Under the pieces are notes generated by a model. The model was not told the origin of the DNA. It did not search any database and saw only the letters and a list, made by a program, of their open reading frames with translations. The translations under genes and the position numbers were made by a program. Positions 36,270-41,195 of a stretch of 41,195 nt of DNA are shown piece by piece. Source of the DNA: Gemmatimonadota bacterium (GTDB taxonomy: Bacteria > Gemmatimonadota > Gemmatimonadetes > Gemmatimonadales > GWC2-71-9). The stretch lies in NCBI GenBank assembly GCA_049323575.1, contig JBMOPM010000200.1, forward strand, positions 1 to 41,195, written 5' to 3'. Every line of letters begins with the position of its first letter. Within the stretch, counting starts at the first letter, position 1.

Positions 36270-36970
36270 ATGTCGAGAACCCAGCCCATCGGTTGGATCG
36301 AGGCGGTCCTGATCGGCAAGGCCGTGCCCTACACGCGCCCGGGCAGCCGCAGCGCCATCGCCAACTCGGCATTGTCCATTCCAGCCTGGGTCAGTCCCAC
36401 TGGCCTGGAGGGCGACGAACAGGGTGGTCGTCGTGTCCACAGAGGGCCCGACAAGGCGGTTCACTGTTACGCATGGTCGCACGACCGTGATTGGTTCCAG
36501 GAGTTGGCGGGCTGCTCGCTGCTTCGGCACCCGGGAGCCTTCGGTGAGAACTTCAGCATCGACGGTCTTGCGGAGAACGAGGTCTGCCTCGGCGACCGCT
36601 GGCAAGTGGGCTCGGCGGTGGTCGAAGTCAGCCAGGGCCGCCAGCCATGCTGGAAGCTCACCGACCGCTTCGGTGTCCCAAACATGGCACGCCGCGTCCA
36701 GGACACCCTGCGGGCGGACTGGCATCTACGCGTGATCGAACCTGGTCATGTGAGGCAAGGCGACGCCATCGTCCTCCTGGATCGCCCTTGATTGCACGGT
36801 TGCTGGCGCTGATCCGTGACCGTGTGCACGACCCGGCGGTTCTTGCGGAAGTGATCCGGCTGCCCCTTCCTGATTCGTGGCAACGCCTCTTCCGGACACG
36901 ATTGGAGACCGGCTGCATCGGATCGTGGTCGAAGCGGCTGGAGGGCAACTGTGGACGGTCGCGTGAATGA
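36270..36970 (+). pseudogene. MOSC domain protein (YiiM-like), frameshifted before the 3-alpha domain
   Basis: GPDKAVHCY, GAFGENF, EVSQGRQPCWKL; stop at 36791, with the 3-alpha domain (IARLLALI...LPDSWQRLFRTRL) continuing in another frame to 36970. Confidence 0.75.
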
Positions 36971-37060
36971 TCGGCGCGAGCGGTACCGTGGCGATCGCGC
37001 ACCGGCACCGTGGTCCCGCCGCAGCCCGGCCGGGATCGTGAAAGCCCGATCCGATCCGCC

Positions 37061-37726
37061 TCAGGGCGCGCCGTCCACCCGCGTCACCGTCACCCCCTGC
37101 GACGCGATCTCCCCCTTGACAATGCGGCCCGTTGCGTCGAGCTCGAGCACGATCGGCACCCGCCCCAGCGTCAGCGTCGCCGAGGACCCGTTCCGGGCCA
37201 GGGTGCCCGTTGCGGTCTGCCCGCCGCCCAGGTTGAAGAACGGCAGCGCCACGGTATCGCCCCCGATCAGGAGCCCGCGCCGCACCGCCTGCTCCAGCAG
37301 CGCGAACGACAGGTTGAGGTAGGGCAGCGCCCCGCGCTCGGTCTGGAACAGCCGCGTCTGGATGCCGTTGCCGGTCAGCGCGTCCACCGCGACGCTGTCG
37401 TCGCGAAAGATGATGCGCGCATGCTGACTCGGGCTGGTGTCGAGGGTGTCGCTGTTTCTGAACTCGACGACCTCCACCAGCGGCATCGTGCCCGTGGAGT
37501 CGATGACAGCGGAGATCTTCTCCGTGATCGGCACCTCGAGCCGGAGGTAGAGCACCCCCTTCAGCACCATCGGCCCCCGGCGGAAGCGCTCGATGGCGAC
37601 CGTGTCGTCACCCCGGCGGACGATGAACGTGGCGGACTCGGTGAAGGCGGCGGAGGCGGCCTCCTGTGCGGCGGCGGGGGCACCCCATGCGGCCAGCGTG
37701 AGGAGTACGACGAAGACCTTCTGCAT
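37061..37726 (-). CDS. hypothetical secreted protein
   Basis: Signal peptide MQKVFVVLLTLAAWGAPAAA-Q followed by a beta-strand-rich mature region; host-like codon usage. Confidence 0.7.
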   Translation of the reverse strand: MQKVFVVLLTLAAWGAPAAAQEAASAAFTESATFIVRRGDDTVAIERFRRGPMVLKGVLYLRLEVPITEKISAVIDSTGTMPLVEVVEFRNSDTLDTSPSQHARIIFRDDSVAVDALTGNGIQTRLFQTERGALPYLNLSFALLEQAVRRGLLIGGDTVALPFFNLGGGQTATGTLARNGSSATLTLGRVPIVLELDATGRIVKGEIASQGVTVTRVDGAP

Positions 37727-37844
37727 CGGATTCCGATCGGTTGAGGGAAGCCGTCGTGCGATCGTGCGCCGGGCACAATTCTGTACTCTCATGCGCCGTT
37801 TCGGTACCGCTTCCCGCTCGCGCCCCTCCTAACGTGGCGGCGCC

Positions 37845-40800
37845 ATGGGCGCCGTCTCCTGCGATGCCACGCTCGCGGCCCACCTCGCCGCCGTCCGCGG
37901 GCTGCTCGACCTCCGGCCCCTGTTCGAGTGCCTGGGATATGCGCCGGCGTGGGAGGAGATCCCGCTCACGCGCTGGCTGGGCCCGGGCCACGAGGGGCAG
38001 GTGTCGCGCGCACTCGTCGTGGCCATGCAAGGCGGCTTCCGCTGGTTCGGCGTTACCGGCCCGAATGCGGAGGACGCCGCGCGCCAGGTGCTGCGGGCGC
38101 TGGCGCGCCGCGGGATGGCCGGCGGAGTCGCCGCGGTGGCCGCCGATGGCCGATGGCTCGCGCTCGCGGTGGCCGGCGGCGAATGCGAGATCTTCGCTAT
38201 CGATCTCGCGGTCCCGTCCCGCGTGGCCCTGGCCACCCTCGGCCGTCTCCGCGCGGCAGCCGGGGAGTCGGCGCTGCAGACCGCGCTGCGCCTGGCGGAT
38301 ACGCTCGGCAGCCGCGGCATCGGCCGGCGCTTCTTTCGCCAGTTCCGCTCCACGCTCGATCGCTTCCTCGAGGCGCTGCCCGGCCGCATCCCCCTGCCCG
38401 ACCGCCACGCCCTCGCCCTCCTGCAGCTCACGCGGGTCCTGTTTCTCCACTTCGTGCAGAGCAAGGGCTGGCTCGACGGCCGTGCCGATTTCCTCCGCCG
38501 CGAGGTGGACGGCTGCCTGCGGCGGCGGCGGAGCGTCCAGCGGGATCTTCTCCGCCCGCTCTTCTTCGGCACCCTGAACCGGCGGAGTGACGGCCGCTCG
38601 TACGGCGCGCGCCGCTTCGGCCGAGTGCCGTTTCTGAACGGCGGCCTGTTCGAACCGCATCCGCTGGAGCGCCGCTGGCCGGTGGACCTGCCGTCTCCGC
38701 TGTGGCGGGACGCGTTCGACGATCTCTTCGAGCGGTTCCACTTCACGGTCGTGGAAGGCGCGGCGGGCCCGGCCATCGCGCCCGACATGCTGGGCCGGGT
38801 GTTCGAGGGCGTGATGGATCCGGGCCAGCGCCACGCGAGCGGCACGTTCTACACCCCCGCGGCACTGGTGGGCGAGCTGCTGGACGCCGCCTTCGCCGCG
38901 TTCGCGGGAGCCTCGCTGGGTCTGAGCGACGAGGTGGCGCTGGCGCGGCTCGAAGCGGGCGACCCCGGCGCGACGGCCCTCCTCGAGCGCGTGACGCTGC
39001 TCGATCCGGCCGTGGGCTCGGGGGCGTTCCTCCTCGGCGCGATGGAGAAGCTGACGCGGTGGAGATCGCTCGCCGGGGCGCCGGCCACCGCGGTGCGCCT
39101 CAAGCGCGACATCCTCCGGCACAATCTCTTTGGCGTCGACCTCAACGCGGCAGCCGTTCGGCTCACCGAGCTCCGGCTCTGGCTCGGCGTCATCGCCGAC
39201 GACCCCGCCGACGATCCCGACCATGTGGATCCCCTGCCGAATCTCGATTGCCTGATCCGCCAGGGAGACAGCCTGCTCGATCCGATGAGCGCCCTGTCCA
39301 CGGCAGCCGTCGCCGCCTCACGATCGGCGCACGTGGTGGGTGAGCTGCGGCGACAGGTGGTCGGGGCCGTGGGCGACAACAAGAGCCGCCTCGCCCGGTC
39401 GCTGCGCACCGCCGAGTTCGGCCTGCTGCGCGAGGTGCTGACTCACGCCGAGCGGCGGGCCGAGGAAGACATCGCTGCCACCCTGGACGCTGCGCGGTCA
39501 GTCACGCTCTTCGGCGATTGCCGGGGGCTCGATCGCGAACTGGGCCGGCAGCTCGAGGCGGCGCGGGAGCGCCGGCGTCGCGTGCGGCGTGCGCGGCGCC
39601 AGATGGAGGCGGGCGGCGAGCTGCCCTGGTTTCACTACCAGGCCCACTTCGCCGATGTCTTCGCCAGCCGGGGCGGCTTCGACCTCGTCATCGGCAATCC
39701 GCCGTGGGTCCGCGCGGAGCAGCTGCCCCGCGCCGTGCGCGAAGCGCTGGGGAAGCGCTACCGCTGGTGGCGGGCGGGCGGCGAGCGCGGCTATCGCCAT
39801 CAACCCGATCTGTCGCTGGCCTTCATCGAGCGCTCGTGCGAGCTGGCGGCGCCCGGCGGCGTCGTAGCGTTGCTGGTGCCCGCCAAGCTCGCGACCGCCA
39901 CCTATGCGAGCGCGGCGCGCCATGCGCTCAGCACCGAGACAGCGCTCCATGTCCTCGCGGATCTCACCTCGCAGCGCGAAGCGGCCTTCGACGCCACGGT
40001 CTATCCCCTGGCCCTGGTCACCGAGCGGCGGCGCCCGGCAGACGGCGGGACGGTGCGCACGGCCCTCGCCCCGGCCGCCGGCGCCGACGGCGTCCCGCAG
40101 CGGCGCCTCCGCGAGGGGCCGTGGATCCTCAAGCGGGACGATGCGCGGTCCGCGCTCGACCGGCTCCTCGCGCGCTGGCCCCTGCTCGGGGCGCGCGTGT
40201 CGGCGCACCTCGGCGTCAAGACCGGCGCGAACGCCGTCTTCCTCGACCCGCCCGACGACATCGAGCCCGCGGTCATCCGCCGCGCGCTGCGAGGTCGCGA
40301 CGTCCGTCCGTTCTCCGTACAGCCCTCCGGGCGCCTGCTCTGGCCGGCTGACGAGCAGGGCCGCACCCTGGCGCGGCTGCCTCCCCGCGCCGCGGCCCAC
40401 GTGGCGCGGCACCACACGCTCCTCGAGGGCCGGGCCGACCAGCGGGACGGCCCGGCATGGGGCGTCTTTCGCACCCGGGCGGCGACGCGACCATTCCGCG
40501 TCGTCTGGGCCGACCTCGCGCGCCGCCTCTCGGCGGCGGTCCTCGCCGGCCCGGGCGAGCGGGACATCGTGCCGCTCAACACGTGCTACGTGGCGCCGAT
40601 GCCCGAGGGCGAGGCCGCGCTGCGCCTCGCCGCGTGGCTCAACGCCACGCCGATCCGCGCCTGCGCCCGCCTCCTCGCCACGCCGGCGGCGAGCGGGTTC
40701 CGACGCTACAACGCGGTCACGGTCGGCCGCCTGCCCGCGCCGGAGGCGCTCTGGGACGACGCCGAGCTGCTCGCGCTCGGCCGCAGCGGGCGGCAGGGCG

Positions 40801-40961
40801 ACGACGTGCAGGCGGGTCTCGATCAGGCCGCGGCTCGGCTGCTCGAGCTGAGGGAGCGGGATGGCCATGCGCTCGCCGGCGTGGTCGGGGTCCTCGCCGC
40901 GGTGCTCCCGGCCGTGCGCGCCGTCCGGCTCGACGTGCTGCGGGCGATCGCCACCGAGTAG
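37845..40961 (+). CDS. Type IIG/Eco57I-like N6-adenine DNA methyltransferase with target-recognition region; 3' end possibly chimeric
   Basis: FVQSKGWL, LFFGTLN, PFLNGGLFE, LGRVFEG, GTFYTP, motif I LLDPAVGSGAFL, FGVDLN, motif IV IGNPPW, GVKTGANAVF. Confidence 0.88.
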   Translation: MGAVSCDATLAAHLAAVRGLLDLRPLFECLGYAPAWEEIPLTRWLGPGHEGQVSRALVVAMQGGFRWFGVTGPNAEDAARQVLRALARRGMAGGVAAVAADGRWLALAVAGGECEIFAIDLAVPSRVALATLGRLRAAAGESALQTALRLADTLGSRGIGRRFFRQFRSTLDRFLEALPGRIPLPDRHALALLQLTRVLFLHFVQSKGWLDGRADFLRREVDGCLRRRRSVQRDLLRPLFFGTLNRRSDGRSYGARRFGRVPFLNGGLFEPHPLERRWPVDLPSPLWRDAFDDLFERFHFTVVEGAAGPAIAPDMLGRVFEGVMDPGQRHASGTFYTPAALVGELLDAAFAAFAGASLGLSDEVALARLEAGDPGATALLERVTLLDPAVGSGAFLLGAMEKLTRWRSLAGAPATAVRLKRDILRHNLFGVDLNAAAVRLTELRLWLGVIADDPADDPDHVDPLPNLDCLIRQGDSLLDPMSALSTAAVAASRSAHVVGELRRQVVGAVGDNKSRLARSLRTAEFGLLREVLTHAERRAEEDIAATLDAARSVTLFGDCRGLDRELGRQLEAARERRRRVRRARRQMEAGGELPWFHYQAHFADVFASRGGFDLVIGNPPWVRAEQLPRAVREALGKRYRWWRAGGERGYRHQPDLSLAFIERSCELAAPGGVVALLVPAKLATATYASAARHALSTETALHVLADLTSQREAAFDATVYPLALVTERRRPADGGTVRTALAPAAGADGVPQRRLREGPWILKRDDARSALDRLLARWPLLGARVSAHLGVKTGANAVFLDPPDDIEPAVIRRALRGRDVRPFSVQPSGRLLWPADEQGRTLARLPPRAAAHVARHHTLLEGRADQRDGPAWGVFRTRAATRPFRVVWADLARRLSAAVLAGPGERDIVPLNTCYVAPMPEGEAALRLAAWLNATPIRACARLLATPAASGFRRYNAVTVGRLPAPEALWDDAELLALGRSGRQGDDVQAGLDQAAARLLELRERDGHALAGVVGVLAAVLPAVRAVRLDVLRAIATE

Positions 40962-40970
40962 CCGCCACCG

Positions 40971-41195
40971 TCAGGCGTGGTCGACCGCCCCGGGGGTGCG
41001 CTGGTCGACGATCTCGCCGGCGGCCGTCGGGTCGTGCGACTCCTCGGACGCCGTGATGCGGCCGTCGCGGATGTCCTCGGCCCAGTGGCAGGCCACCCGG
41101 TGACCGGGCCCCACCTCCCGCAGCGCCGGCACCTCGTCGTGGCAGCGGGTGGCCTGCCGGAACGGGCAGCGGGTGTGGAAGCGGCAGCCGGACGG
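40971..41195 (-). CDS. 3' end of an oligopeptide/dipeptide ABC ATP-binding protein (partial)
   Basis: Manual translation [38 protein letters not shown]...DHA-stop matches the OppF/DppF C-terminal Cys motif; absent from the ORF track because it has no start in the window. Confidence 0.85.
   Translation of the reverse strand, partial: PSGCRFHTRCPFRQATRCHDEVPALREVGPGHRVACHWAEDIRDGRITASEESHDPTAAGEIVDQRTPGAVDHA

Noticed and set aside
1-41195. Prophage, IS or integron
   Set aside because: No integrase, transposase or phage structural motifs recognised in any frame.

Overview
High-GC bacterial chromosomal segment. The gene repertoire suggests Gemmatimonadota, but this is inference only. In order it holds: two CCA-less tRNAs (Ala-CGC, Gln-CTG) followed by a duplicated tRNA 3' end; an mhq-like dioxygenase/esterase cluster; rnz; mlaEFD; a short mutY; a thioesterase/patatin/CBS/DUF2203 run; fused nadE; crcB-DUF190; a DUF4384 protein with a candidate sigma54/IHF promoter; a DUF885 protein; a MacB/LolCDE-type ABC locus; an mntR-mntH-TonB receptor operon; an LD-carboxypeptidase; a GT2 and a desaturase; a decaying, apparently acquired MarR/thioredoxin/cytochrome c'-beta/MOSC module; and a large Type IIG-like adenine methyltransferase. 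The best candidate for an undescribed system is the ABC locus (17812-22010). One permease appears split into two complementary genes, and the N-half carries an AttH/CrtC-like lipocalin domain at the split point. The last ~320 bp look like a chimeric junction to unrelated DNA. All calls come from manual motif reading; no searches were run, and start codons are best estimates.
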